From an uncultured Solirubrobacterales bacterium (GTDB taxonomy: Bacteria; Actinomycetota; Thermoleophilia; Solirubrobacterales; Solirubrobacteraceae), in NCBI GenBank assembly GCA_963756585.1, contig CAVWOK010000010.1:524-64523 (forward strand): a stretch of 64,000 nucleotides of DNA, read 5' to 3'. The first letter of the stretch is position 1; each line of letters opens with the position of its first letter. Positions 1 through 8,974 of this stretch are shown here, one piece after another. The notes beneath the pieces were generated by a model, which was not told the origin of the DNA, did not search any database, and saw only the letters and a list, made by a program, of their open reading frames with translations. A program made the position numbers and the translations under genes.

Positions 1-708
1 AACGATCTCAAGTACGTGCTGTTCGAGCCCGACGCCTGCGCGTTACACGCACGGCGTGCGGTGCGCGCGCTCTGTGAGCACGCGCTGGTCGGCGGGGCGC
101 GCTTCGTCGGCGGGCGGGCACGGCCGGTGAAAGGCGGGATCGAGATAGAGGGCCGTCTGATGACCGCAGACCGAATCGTTTGGGCGTGCGGCGCCTGGAC
201 TGTCAAGCTCTTCCCGGAGCTGGTCCGCGGGACGGTTATCCAGCAGGACCTGTACTACTTTGGCGTGCCCCTCGGTTGGCAATGCCCGGCCGTGCCGGCG
301 TGGGGACAGTACGGCGAGCGCGTCACCGGCCTCGGAGACCTGTTGGGGCGCGGGTTCAAGCTGGGCGCAGACTGCCCCGGGCCGGAGTTCGATCCAGACA
401 CCGGGCAGCGAATACCTGACCCCAGGCAGGAGGCGCAAGCCCGCGCCTACCTGGCAAAGCGCTTTCCGGCGATCGCAGACGCTCCGTTGATCGGCACCGA
501 GACTTGCCAGACGACAGTCCTCAGCACAGCCGTGGACGACGAGATCCCCACCCACGCTGGCCAGCGCATGATGCGACACCCCGAGCACCCTAATATGTGG
601 ATACTTGGCGATGGCAGCGGGAGTGTGTTCAAGCACGGACCTGCCATCGCACGACACATGGAGGAGATCCTGAGCAGAGAGTCCAGAGGTGTGTGTGCAT
701 CGCCATGA
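1..708 (+). CDS. FAD-dependent oxidoreductase (DAO/sarcosine oxidase-like), 5'-partial
   Basis: Frame is open from base 1 (NDLKYVLFEP...). Motifs 'ADRIVWACGAWT' and C-terminal 'GDGSGSVFKHGPAIA' are typical of the DAO family. Confidence 0.75.
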   Translation, partial: NDLKYVLFEPDACALHARRAVRALCEHALVGGARFVGGRARPVKGGIEIEGRLMTADRIVWACGAWTVKLFPELVRGTVIQQDLYYFGVPLGWQCPAVPAWGQYGERVTGLGDLLGRGFKLGADCPGPEFDPDTGQRIPDPRQEAQARAYLAKRFPAIADAPLIGTETCQTTVLSTAVDDEIPTHAGQRMMRHPEHPNMWILGDGSGSVFKHGPAIARHMEEILSRESRGVCASP

Positions 709-786
709 CGCCGCCCGTATTGACCTGCTCGCGCCAAGGTCGTCCCCTGCCGCGCCGCGACGGCGGTCCCCGACAGCAGAACCCGC

Positions 787-1887
787 TCAGCTGGCGTGCC
801 ACGCCGCACGCGCAGCACGTAATGCAGAGTCCAGCTTGCCGGCGTTCCCAGACCCGAGCGCCTCGAGGGCCTCGGCCAGCGCGATCAGCGCGATCAGCAC
901 ATCAGCCAACGCAGCCTGGCGGCCGGTGTGACTGATCCGGACGGCATCCGCGTCAAGCACGCTGGGGGCTCGCTCGACGATGCTTGAGTGCGCATCGTCA
1001 GCGGCCTGAACCAGCGAGGCGGCCGTGATCCCATCCGGCGCGTGCACCAGTGTGGCTACTGCGGCCCTGTCAGCAGCGATCGGTACCCAGGGCCGGAGAC
1101 CGAGCTCCTCCGCGCCGGCCTGGCTCGCGGCTGCCGCGCGCTGGTGTCTTCGCACCACCGCGGCCAAACCCTCCCCCAACGCTCGATTCACCGCCGCCGC
1201 CAGGGCACGTGTCTCCAGTATGGGCAGATAACCCGGGATCGCCGACCGCTTGGAGTCGATCCACGCCTCCTTCCAGTCGAGCAACGACAATGACGATCGT
1301 CGTATCGCGGGGGACCGGGACCGAAACACATCCCAAGCTTGACTGCTCACCGTGACGGCAGACAGGCCACACGGTCCGGCAAGGGCCTTGTGAGCTCCAA
1401 CCGCGCACACGTCGATGCCCCACGTGTCGAGCTCCAGCCGCTCCGCCCCGACCGATGCCACGGCGTCAACAACTACCAGAGCGCCATGTCGACGAGCTGC
1501 CTCGGATATCGCCTGCAGACCATTGACCACCCCGGTCGCTGCCTCGGCATGCACGACGCATACGAGGTCAAATGACCCTGCCGCCAACGCTTGAGTGACC
1601 TCTCCGGTCAAAACGCCTCGATCGAACTCCACGGCAACCTCGACCACGTCACAACCGGCTCGGCTCAGCCATTCACCAAACAGCCGTCCGTATGGACCGG
1701 TCACGATGTTGAGCGCGCGTCCCCCCGGGCGCCCCAGACCAGCGGCCGCCGCCTCCAGCGCCAATGTCGCCTCCGCGGGGACGAGCACCACGTCCTGGCC
1801 GGTCGCGAGCAGTTCCGAAATCGAGCGCTCCAGTCGGACCACCTCGGCAGCGGTGAGCGGCGGAGGGTCGAGCAGCAGAGAGCTCAT
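787..1887 (-). CDS. Class V PLP aminotransferase, divergent pyridoxamine-pyruvate transaminase-like paralog
   Basis: 'LALEAAAAGL', 'VVDAVASVG', PLP-Lys motif 'GAHKALAGPCG' and 'SLSLLDWKEAW' parallel the 8971..10167 protein. Lacks the N-terminal TLTAGP segment. Confidence 0.75.
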   Translation of the reverse strand: MSSLLLDPPPLTAAEVVRLERSISELLATGQDVVLVPAEATLALEAAAAGLGRPGGRALNIVTGPYGRLFGEWLSRAGCDVVEVAVEFDRGVLTGEVTQALAAGSFDLVCVVHAEAATGVVNGLQAISEAARRHGALVVVDAVASVGAERLELDTWGIDVCAVGAHKALAGPCGLSAVTVSSQAWDVFRSRSPAIRRSSLSLLDWKEAWIDSKRSAIPGYLPILETRALAAAVNRALGEGLAAVVRRHQRAAAASQAGAEELGLRPWVPIAADRAAVATLVHAPDGITAASLVQAADDAHSSIVERAPSVLDADAVRISHTGRQAALADVLIALIALAEALEALGSGNAGKLDSALRAARAAWHAS

Positions 1888-3005
1888 TCGGCCGCGCTGT
1901 TCGCGCTCAGCGCCGGCATTGCCAGCTGATCGCGGAAGTGGCAGGCCGATAGATGCCGCGCATCTCCGTGGACCGGTCCGAGTTCCGGATCATCCGTGCT
2001 GCAAATCCTCTCCGCGAGCGGGCATCGTGGATGCAGGCGGCATCCATCCGGGATCGCGGACGGGCTCGGAGGCTCTCCATGCAATGCCAACCGAGCAGCA
2101 TCCGGAGCATCCGGATCGAGCAGCCTGCTCTCCAATGTCGACTCTCGCCGCGTGGGGACCCAGTCGCCGCGGGCCGCCGGGTCGCGTCGCGCCCACCCGG
2201 CGTTTACAAGGCTCGGTGCCGAGGCCAGCAGGGCCCGTGTGTACGGATGAGAAGGGTGCTGGAACACTTCATCGCGCGCTCCACGCTCAACTATCCGTCC
2301 CAGATACATCACATCGATTTGGTCGCACAGCGCTCTCGTGGCCGCCAAATTGTGCGATATCAGGATCACTCCAATACCCAGCGTCGCGCGAAGCTCGGCG
2401 AACAAGCGCAGTATCGTGGCCTGCACTGACACGTCGAGAGCAGACGTCGGCTCGTCCGCCACGATCACTTGGGGTTCGACCGCGAGCGCCCTTGCGATAG
2501 CCACTCGCTGCCGCTGTCCGCCGGACAGCTCGCGAGGGTACCGCTGCAGCGTCGATGGCGGTAATCCGACCAGGGAGAGTAACTCGCCGCTGCGATCGCT
2601 CGCTTTTTCGCCGCGCCGACCAAAGTGCGCGAACAGCAGCTGGCGCAGCATCGTTCCGATTGTCATCCTCGGGTTTAGCGACGAGGTCGGATCTTGAAAC
2701 ACCATCTGCACAGCCCGGCGCTGACTCGCCGTGCGCTTGGTCGGCAGCGATTGTCCGTGCAGTTGCACAACGCCCTCCGACGCAGGCTGCAGGCCCGCCA
2801 ACACCCGGGCGACCGTCGTCTTGCCGCACCCCGATTCCCCCACCAGGCCGAGAGCCTCGCCGGTACCGAGGTCGAGGTCGACGCCATCGACCGCGACAAC
2901 GTCGCGGCGCCTGCGGGCCCGGAACACGACCCGCAGTCCCGTCGCCCCCAGCAGTGGGGCGCCCTTGGTCGAGGGAGCTCCAAGCCGACTATCCACGGCG
3001 GTCAA
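1884..3005 (-). CDS. Dipeptide/oligopeptide ABC transporter ATP-binding subunit (DppF/OppF-like)
   Basis: Walker A GESGCGKTT, LSGGQRQR, Walker B VADEPT, and C-terminal 'GCRLHPRCP' oligo_HPY domain. Confidence 0.93.
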   Translation of the reverse strand: MTAVDSRLGAPSTKGAPLLGATGLRVVFRARRRRDVVAVDGVDLDLGTGEALGLVGESGCGKTTVARVLAGLQPASEGVVQLHGQSLPTKRTASQRRAVQMVFQDPTSSLNPRMTIGTMLRQLLFAHFGRRGEKASDRSGELLSLVGLPPSTLQRYPRELSGGQRQRVAIARALAVEPQVIVADEPTSALDVSVQATILRLFAELRATLGIGVILISHNLAATRALCDQIDVMYLGRIVERGARDEVFQHPSHPYTRALLASAPSLVNAGWARRDPAARGDWVPTRRESTLESRLLDPDAPDAARLALHGEPPSPSAIPDGCRLHPRCPLAERICSTDDPELGPVHGDARHLSACHFRDQLAMPALSANSAAE

Positions 3006-4006
3006 AGCGTCACCAGTGCATGCCGGCGGCAGGCGGTGGCGTGCGGACTGCCCTCGGTTTGGAGCTCAACGAGCGGTACGGGCCCGGTCGTGCAGGCGAG
3101 TTCGGCCAGGTAGCATCGAGGAGCGAACGGACAGCCGTGTCCACGGCGCGCTGGATCCGGCAGTCTCCCCGGGATCGACTCTGGCATGACGACCGGGCCG
3201 GCGACGTCGGGCGTGGCGTGAAGCAGGCCGACTGTATAAGGGTGCCTCGGGCGATGGAGAATCGCGTCGACCGACCCCCGCTCGACGACGTCTCCGCTGT
3301 ACATCACGACGACAGAATCGCATACGTCCCCGATCACAGCCAGGTCGTGGCTCACCAGCACGATCGCGACACCGAGGGTCTCACGCAGTTCGTCCAGGAG
3401 CGCCAGGATCTCGGCCTGGATGGTCACGTCCAGCGCAGTCGTCGGCTCATCGCACAACAGCACGCGGGGACGCGACGCCAGCGCGACGGCGATCATGACT
3501 CGCTGGCGCAGCCCTCCCGAGAGCTGGTGAGGATAGGCTCCGAGGCGGTCTTCCGGATCAGGTAGCCGGACCATCCGGAGGAGCTCGATCGTGCGCTGCC
3601 GCGCCGTCGCGCGCGATAGACCCTCGATCCGCCGGGGCACCTCGGCAACCTGATCGCCGATCGTCATCACCGGATCGAGCGCGGCGAGCGGATCTTGGAA
3701 GATCATCGCAAGCCGGCCGCGGCGAGCCTTTCCGAGCCGGTTACCCCGAAGCGGCAGCGCTTCTCCAGAGAAGGTGATCTCACCACTGGCCTCAAGGCCG
3801 GACGGCAGGATTCCCATGATCGCCCGCAGCAGCAGAGTCTTCCCCGATCCCGACTCACCGACGATGCCCAACGACCGTCCGGGCGCGACCTCTACGTGCA
3901 CTCGCCGCACCAGGTCGACGGAGGGCGCGCTCTTCGTCGAGACCCTCACCAAAGCCGAAAGCGCAGCCTCGCCGTTTGCTTCAACAATCGTCGCGGCTGG
4001 TCTCAT
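3002..4006 (-). CDS. Dipeptide/oligopeptide ABC transporter ATP-binding subunit (DppD/OppD-like)
   Basis: GESGSGKT, LSGGLRQR, LCDEPTT and 'GCPFAPRC'. Start moved to ATG 4006, which overlaps the upstream stop (TGATG). Confidence 0.92.
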   Translation of the reverse strand: MRPAATIVEANGEAALSALVRVSTKSAPSVDLVRRVHVEVAPGRSLGIVGESGSGKTLLLRAIMGILPSGLEASGEITFSGEALPLRGNRLGKARRGRLAMIFQDPLAALDPVMTIGDQVAEVPRRIEGLSRATARQRTIELLRMVRLPDPEDRLGAYPHQLSGGLRQRVMIAVALASRPRVLLCDEPTTALDVTIQAEILALLDELRETLGVAIVLVSHDLAVIGDVCDSVVVMYSGDVVERGSVDAILHRPRHPYTVGLLHATPDVAGPVVMPESIPGRLPDPARRGHGCPFAPRCYLAELACTTGPVPLVELQTEGSPHATACRRHALVTL

Positions 4007-4896
4007 CAGGGCCGCAACACGTCGGCGAGGCCATCGCCGATCAGCGACAGGCCGAGCCCAGTCACGACCACGGCCAAACCCGGAATCGTCGCCAGTGCCC
4101 AGTGCGTGGTTATGAACTGCTGACCATCGGAGATCATCGTTCCCCAATCGGGCGTAGGCGGCTGCACTCCCAAGCCCAAATAACCGAGCGTTACGACCGC
4201 GACAATGATCAGCACTATGTCTGACATCGCATATACCAGACCCTGCGCGACAACGTTCGGCAGCACGTGGCGCAGGAGGACGCTCCTTTCCGGCAGACCT
4301 CCGCCACGCGCCGCTGCGACATAGTCAAGCTGCGACACGGTCAGGGTCGCGCTCCGGACCAGCCGGGCATAGACCACCCAGTCGACGAGGGCAACCGCTA
4401 CAAAGACGCCAGTGACTCCGGGCCCGAACACGAACACCAGCGCGATCACCAGAACGTAGAACGGGAAGGCCAAGACAACATCGACTACCCGCATCGTAAG
4501 CCAGTCGAGCCGACCTCCAACCGAGCCGGCGATCAGTCCGATCAGACTGCCCGCGAAAAAGGGCACAACCACTGCACCGAAGCCCACCGCCAAATCGATG
4601 CGGGCCGCGTACAGTAATCTACTCAGCACATCTCGGCCGAGGTCATCGGTGCCGAGTAGGTGGGCTGAGGACGGGCCTGCGAGGATGTGCGAGAGATCTT
4701 GCTGATCGGGAGGATACGGACTGATCACTGGCGCGAGCAGCGCAAGGAGGACGATTACGCTTGTGATCACCAGTCCCGCGATCAGCACCCGCGACCGGCG
4801 GGCGCGGGCCACGAACCTGGCGTCACGTCCAGCGTCGCGGCCCTCGGCGTCGGACTCATCGTGAAGCCCGGCGAGTGGCGGCAGTGCGGTGCTCAT
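4006..4896 (-). CDS. Peptide/nickel ABC permease (DppC-like)
   Basis: 'HLLGTDDLGRDVLSRLLY', EAA-like loop 'YVAAARGGGL...LRHVLPN', multiple TM segments. Confidence 0.93.
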   Translation of the reverse strand: MSTALPPLAGLHDESDAEGRDAGRDARFVARARRSRVLIAGLVITSVIVLLALLAPVISPYPPDQQDLSHILAGPSSAHLLGTDDLGRDVLSRLLYAARIDLAVGFGAVVVPFFAGSLIGLIAGSVGGRLDWLTMRVVDVVLAFPFYVLVIALVFVFGPGVTGVFVAVALVDWVVYARLVRSATLTVSQLDYVAAARGGGLPERSVLLRHVLPNVVAQGLVYAMSDIVLIIVAVVTLGYLGLGVQPPTPDWGTMISDGQQFITTHWALATIPGLAVVVTGLGLSLIGDGLADVLRP

Positions 4897-5828
4897 GCGA
4901 GCCGGGCCCTCGGATCCAGCGAGGCGACGACCAGATCGGTCACCAGGGTGACCACGACGACCGCGACCGCGAACACGAGCGTCACGCCCTGTACGACCGG
5001 AAAGTCCCGATTCGAGATCCCGGTGAGCATCAGCTGACCGAGCCCGTTGAGCGCGAACACCTGCTCGATCACCACCGTGCTCCCGATCAGGTAGGCGATG
5101 TTCACGCCGAGCAGCGTCACGGTTGGAATCGCGGCGTTGCGCACCACATGGACCAGCAGTACCCTCAGCCTCCCCAGACCCTTCCCGCGCGCGACTGCGA
5201 CGAAGTCCGCGTCCAGGATGTCGAGCATCCCGGAGCGCAAGCTGCGCACGAGTATCGGCGTGATCGCCAACGCGGCGGTTAGCCCCGGCAGGATCAGCGA
5301 GCGAACGTGGCCGACAAAGCCCGTGCCCCAGCCGCCCACTGGCACTAGATGCAGGCGGACGGCGAAGATCTCGATCGCCACGATTCCGATCCAGAATGAC
5401 GGCATCCCGAGGCCAATCAGCGGCACCGTGCGGATCACGTGGTCACTCGCGCGGCCATGCCGGCTCGCGGCGATTGACGCCAACGGCACGGTAATCAGTA
5501 CCGCAAACAGCGCTGCCACGGCGACCAACGAGGCGGTTACCACGATCCGCTGCCGGATCAGCTCAGCGGTCGAGACGCCGTAGAAGAGAGAGTGGCTCAG
5601 GTTCCCATGGGCGAGTCCGTCAAGAAAGTGCACCAGCTGAGTCGGCAGCGACTCCGACAGCCCCCACCTCCGCTGCAGGGTAGCCACCGCCTCCGGTGTG
5701 GCGTGCTCCCCCAGCACCGCGCGCGCTGGATTGCCGGGCAGGAGGTGTAGGAGCAGAAACGTCGCGACGCAGACGCCGAGGATGACGCCGACGCTACCGA
5801 CCAGGCGCCGAGACGCGTAACGCACCAC
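4893..5828 (-). CDS. Peptide/nickel ABC permease (DppB-like)
   Basis: 'LLPGNPARAVLG', 'FVAVARGKGL...HVVRNA' and terminal 'LDPRARL'. Confidence 0.93.
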   Translation of the reverse strand: MVRYASRRLVGSVGVILGVCVATFLLLHLLPGNPARAVLGEHATPEAVATLQRRWGLSESLPTQLVHFLDGLAHGNLSHSLFYGVSTAELIRQRIVVTASLVAVAALFAVLITVPLASIAASRHGRASDHVIRTVPLIGLGMPSFWIGIVAIEIFAVRLHLVPVGGWGTGFVGHVRSLILPGLTAALAITPILVRSLRSGMLDILDADFVAVARGKGLGRLRVLLVHVVRNAAIPTVTLLGVNIAYLIGSTVVIEQVFALNGLGQLMLTGISNRDFPVVQGVTLVFAVAVVVVTLVTDLVVASLDPRARLA

Positions 5829-5834
5829 CCGCGG

Positions 5835-7478
5835 TCAGTCCAGCCAGACGTCCTCGAGCCGGTAGGCGCCCCCGGGATTCACCGCGAACCCGTGCACGCT
5901 CGAACTCGTCGCAAACAAATATGGCTGGTAATCGAGCGGCACGTACGGCACCTCGGCCGCCACGATGCCCTGGATCTGTGCGTACAGCTTGGCCCGTTCC
6001 GCATCGCTCGAGGCCCCTTCGGCCTGGACGATCAGCCGCGTCACCGCCGGATTGTTGTAGCTCGACCAGTACGACGAGGATCCACCGTTCTTGTAGTTCA
6101 GGTTGAAGTTCGCCATCTCGTCCGGATCGCTGATGTCGTTGATCGCGTAGTCGATGAACATCTCGTAATCAAACTTTTGAAAGGTGGTCTCGAAGGAGGC
6201 GTGGTCTAGCGAGTTGATCGATACGTTGATCCCGATCTGCTTGAGATCCGCCTGGATGATCTGAGCGATCGTCGCATATTTCGCATCGCCGGCCGACACC
6301 AGCAGGGTCGTGTCAAAGCCGTGCGGATACTTCGATTTCGCCAGCTCCGCCTTTGCCGCGGCAACGCTGTACGGAAGGACGGGTGTTTTGGGATCGAAGA
6401 ACTCCAAGCTCGATGGCAGAAAGGAGGTCGCCGTCGTGGCGGTGCCGAACGTGGATGCTTGTGTCAGTTTCTTCAGATTTATCGCCTGGTAGATCGCGCG
6501 GCGCACGTGCATGTCGGCAAACTTCGGGACCTTCTCGTTGAAGACGAGCACGTCGACCTCCCATGCGGGCCACGACGACGCTTGCACGCCCGAGGCCGCC
6601 TTGAGACTGGCATACTCCGCGGGCGGCACCGCGTCGATGACGTGGACCTGTCCGCCCTTGATCTCGAGAATCCGCTGGTTGTCATCTGTGACATAGGTGA
6701 TGACGACCTCCTTGACGTACGGCCGGCCGGTCCGCCAGTAGCCAGGGTTCGCCTTGAGGTTCAGGGTCGCGCCTTGCGAGAACGCGGGGAGGAGGAACGG
6801 CCCAGTCCCAACCGGCGCGGCGAAGAAAGCCTTCTCGCTCTTCCCCCCGAACTTGGCGGGGATGATCGCGTTCGCGAACACCGAGATGTCCGACAGAAAT
6901 GGAGCCCATGGCTGACTGAGCTTGAACACCACCGTCCCCTGATCGGGCGTCGAGACCGACTTGATCGCCTCGTCGAGGAACGTCAGCGGCCCAGCGGAGT
7001 TGTGGCGAGCTCGATTGATCGAGAAGGCCACGTCCTTGGACGTCATCGGCGTGCCATCTGAGAACTTCACGCCTGGCCGCAGCCGGAAGGTCCACGTCAG
7101 CTGATCCGAGCTCACCGTGTGACCGGACGAGAGCCAAGGCTGCAGCTTCCCGGCGACATCGGTGATGTACAGCGGCTCAAAGATCTTGTCCAGCGTGTAT
7201 ATGTCACCGGCGATGATCGTATTCGCGGGGTCGAGCGTCGTGGGCTCAACGCTGCGAGCAAACTTCAGAGTTCCACCCTTCTTGGGAGCCGAGCTCGCCC
7301 CAGCCGTCGTTGAGCTGGAGGAGCCCCCGCATGCTGCAAGCACCGGCGCCGACATCAGAACCATCGCGCCGCCCGTCGACCATCGCAGGAACGACCGGCG
7401 GCTGATCTCGGGAGCGTTCATTGATGTCCCGGACGCGTCCGGCAGAAACGGTGAGCCAGCGGGTGAACCGGTCGGCAT
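5835..7478 (-). CDS. ABC substrate-binding lipoprotein, family 5 (DppA-like), Tat/lipoprotein signal
   Basis: 'SRRSFLR' twin-Arg, 'LAAC' lipobox, 'WTFRLRPGVKFSDG' and 'PVGTGPF'. RBS AAGGAG precedes ATG 7478. Confidence 0.9.
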   Translation of the reverse strand: MPTGSPAGSPFLPDASGTSMNAPEISRRSFLRWSTGGAMVLMSAPVLAACGGSSSSTTAGASSAPKKGGTLKFARSVEPTTLDPANTIIAGDIYTLDKIFEPLYITDVAGKLQPWLSSGHTVSSDQLTWTFRLRPGVKFSDGTPMTSKDVAFSINRARHNSAGPLTFLDEAIKSVSTPDQGTVVFKLSQPWAPFLSDISVFANAIIPAKFGGKSEKAFFAAPVGTGPFLLPAFSQGATLNLKANPGYWRTGRPYVKEVVITYVTDDNQRILEIKGGQVHVIDAVPPAEYASLKAASGVQASSWPAWEVDVLVFNEKVPKFADMHVRRAIYQAINLKKLTQASTFGTATTATSFLPSSLEFFDPKTPVLPYSVAAAKAELAKSKYPHGFDTTLLVSAGDAKYATIAQIIQADLKQIGINVSINSLDHASFETTFQKFDYEMFIDYAINDISDPDEMANFNLNYKNGGSSSYWSSYNNPAVTRLIVQAEGASSDAERAKLYAQIQGIVAAEVPYVPLDYQPYLFATSSSVHGFAVNPGGAYRLEDVWLD

Positions 7479-7601
7479 TATGCCTCTCCTTCTTTGCGTT
7501 GGCCAAGCCAACTCGTAAACACTGAATGGGCAGGCGTCCGCTTAACGTCGTCCGCCTCGAGCGATCGGTCGACCAGCGTCCCGCGCGCGGTGCGGCACGG
7601 C

Positions 7602-8080
7602 CTAATACCGCTGGTTCTTGTCGTAGACGTTGTTGATGCTTGTGCACTCACTGCTTAGATCAGCTCCGTAGACGTGGAGCGAGATGACGAGCGAACGACC
7701 TACATTTGTGACCTGGTGAATATCCTGGTTGGGAGGCACCAGAATCGAGGTGCTGCCGGGCGTAGGCAACGAGCCACCGGTCGCCGCGAGACACCTTCCC
7801 CCGGGATCCGACCAAATCGTAGTGCTCCTCTCGCTCCAGACCCTCGTAGACCCCGACCACGCACCAGCAGCGATGATCGTGTATTGGCGTTCGCTTTGGC
7901 CAGGACTCCACACTAGTGACACGATCGAGAAGCAGCTATCCGCATAAAGGAGATGCTGACGCTAAGCATGCTCGTCTGGCTCTCGGTCCTCCTGGGTGAG
8001 AAGGTGCGGCTGAGAGGAAGAGAATAAAGACTGTCGCTGATCCGCGCGACGGTTTCGTCGGGGTTGTCAACATTGGCTGT
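7602..8080 (-). pseudogene. Cysteine/thiol dioxygenase family pseudogene
   Basis: Fragments in changing frames: 'LLTQEDREPDEHA*RQHLLYADSCFSIVSLVWSPGQ', 'TPIHDHRCWCVVGVYEG' and 'DIHQVTN...SLHVYGAD'. One in-frame TAG and about 3 frameshifts. Confidence 0.8.
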
Positions 8081-8095
8081 AGCAATCGGCGCTCC

Positions 8096-8974
8096 TTAGC
8101 CGGAGATCTCCAGCCGCGCCTGAGCGATGGCCTCGCGGATGCAGCGGGCGGTGAGCACACGCACGAGTTGACGCTTGTACTCGACCGACCCGTTCGAGTC
8201 GGCCATCGGCTCGGTTTCGGTGGCGGCGACCTCCGCGCAGGCTGAAAGCTCCTCGCTCGATGCGCCGGCCGCGAGTCCCACGAGCGCCTGTTCGGCGCCT
8301 GGGCAGCGCCGTGCCGCCACGCCGACCGAGCCGACCACCAGTCGAGCCTGCTCGAGGCGTTCATCCCGCACCTTCACGTTGGCCGCGACGGTGATCGCCG
8401 GCCGCTCGCGGAACGACATCTTGCGGTGAACGAGCGCCGATCCGGGGGCCGGCTCCGGGACGTGCACACTGACGAGCAGCTCGTCGGGAGCGAGTGCGTT
8501 CTGGTAGGGGCCACGCGTGAATCCCTCGACCGATATCTGCCTTGGCGTGCCTCCGGCGCGCCGGGCCGTGACCCATCCACCAGCCGCGATCAAGTACGTC
8601 GCCGGATCGGAATGTGGATCGGCGAAGCAGAGGTTGCCGCCGAGCGTCCCCACGTTGCGTACCCGGATGTTGCCGACGTGCCGCTCCATCGCCGCCAGCG
8701 ACGGCCAGCGCTCGCGGACCGCGGGTGCGCGCTCGAGCTCGCGATGGGTCGTGGTCGCACCGATGCGAAGCTCACCGTCCACCTCGATCCCGGTCAGCTC
8801 CTCGATGTGCTTGACGTCGATCAGGTCGGTGAAGTCAGTCAATCCAAGCTTTGCCACCAGAAGCAGCTCGGTGCCGCCGCAATACGGCACCGCGGCGGAA
8901 TCTAACTCGGCCAGCAGCTCGCTGGCTTGCTCCAGTGTCTGGGGACAATGCAACCGAAACGGCGCCAGTCTCAC
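8096..8974 (-). CDS. Molybdenum hydroxylase FAD-binding (medium) subunit, CoxM/XdhB-like
   Basis: 'YCGGTELL', 'IRNVGTLGGNLCFADPHSD' and 'GSVEYKRQL'. Confidence 0.92.
   Translation of the reverse strand: MRLAPFRLHCPQTLEQASELLAELDSAAVPYCGGTELLLVAKLGLTDFTDLIDVKHIEELTGIEVDGELRIGATTTHRELERAPAVRERWPSLAAMERHVGNIRVRNVGTLGGNLCFADPHSDPATYLIAAGGWVTARRAGGTPRQISVEGFTRGPYQNALAPDELLVSVHVPEPAPGSALVHRKMSFRERPAITVAANVKVRDERLEQARLVVGSVGVAARRCPGAEQALVGLAAGASSEELSACAEVAATETEPMADSNGSVEYKRQLVRVLTARCIREAIAQARLEISG

Noticed and set aside
1-708. FAD oxidoreductase as the missing MHPCO
   Set aside because: The visible C-terminal motifs are DAO/sarcosine-oxidase type, not the 'GDAAH' aromatic-hydroxylase type. It is also convergent with and outside the operon.
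8063-8072. Third copy of the TGTTGACA operator core (reverse strand)
   Set aside because: Only the core matches, without the CACAGC extension, and it lies within the dioxygenase pseudogene. It could be chance.
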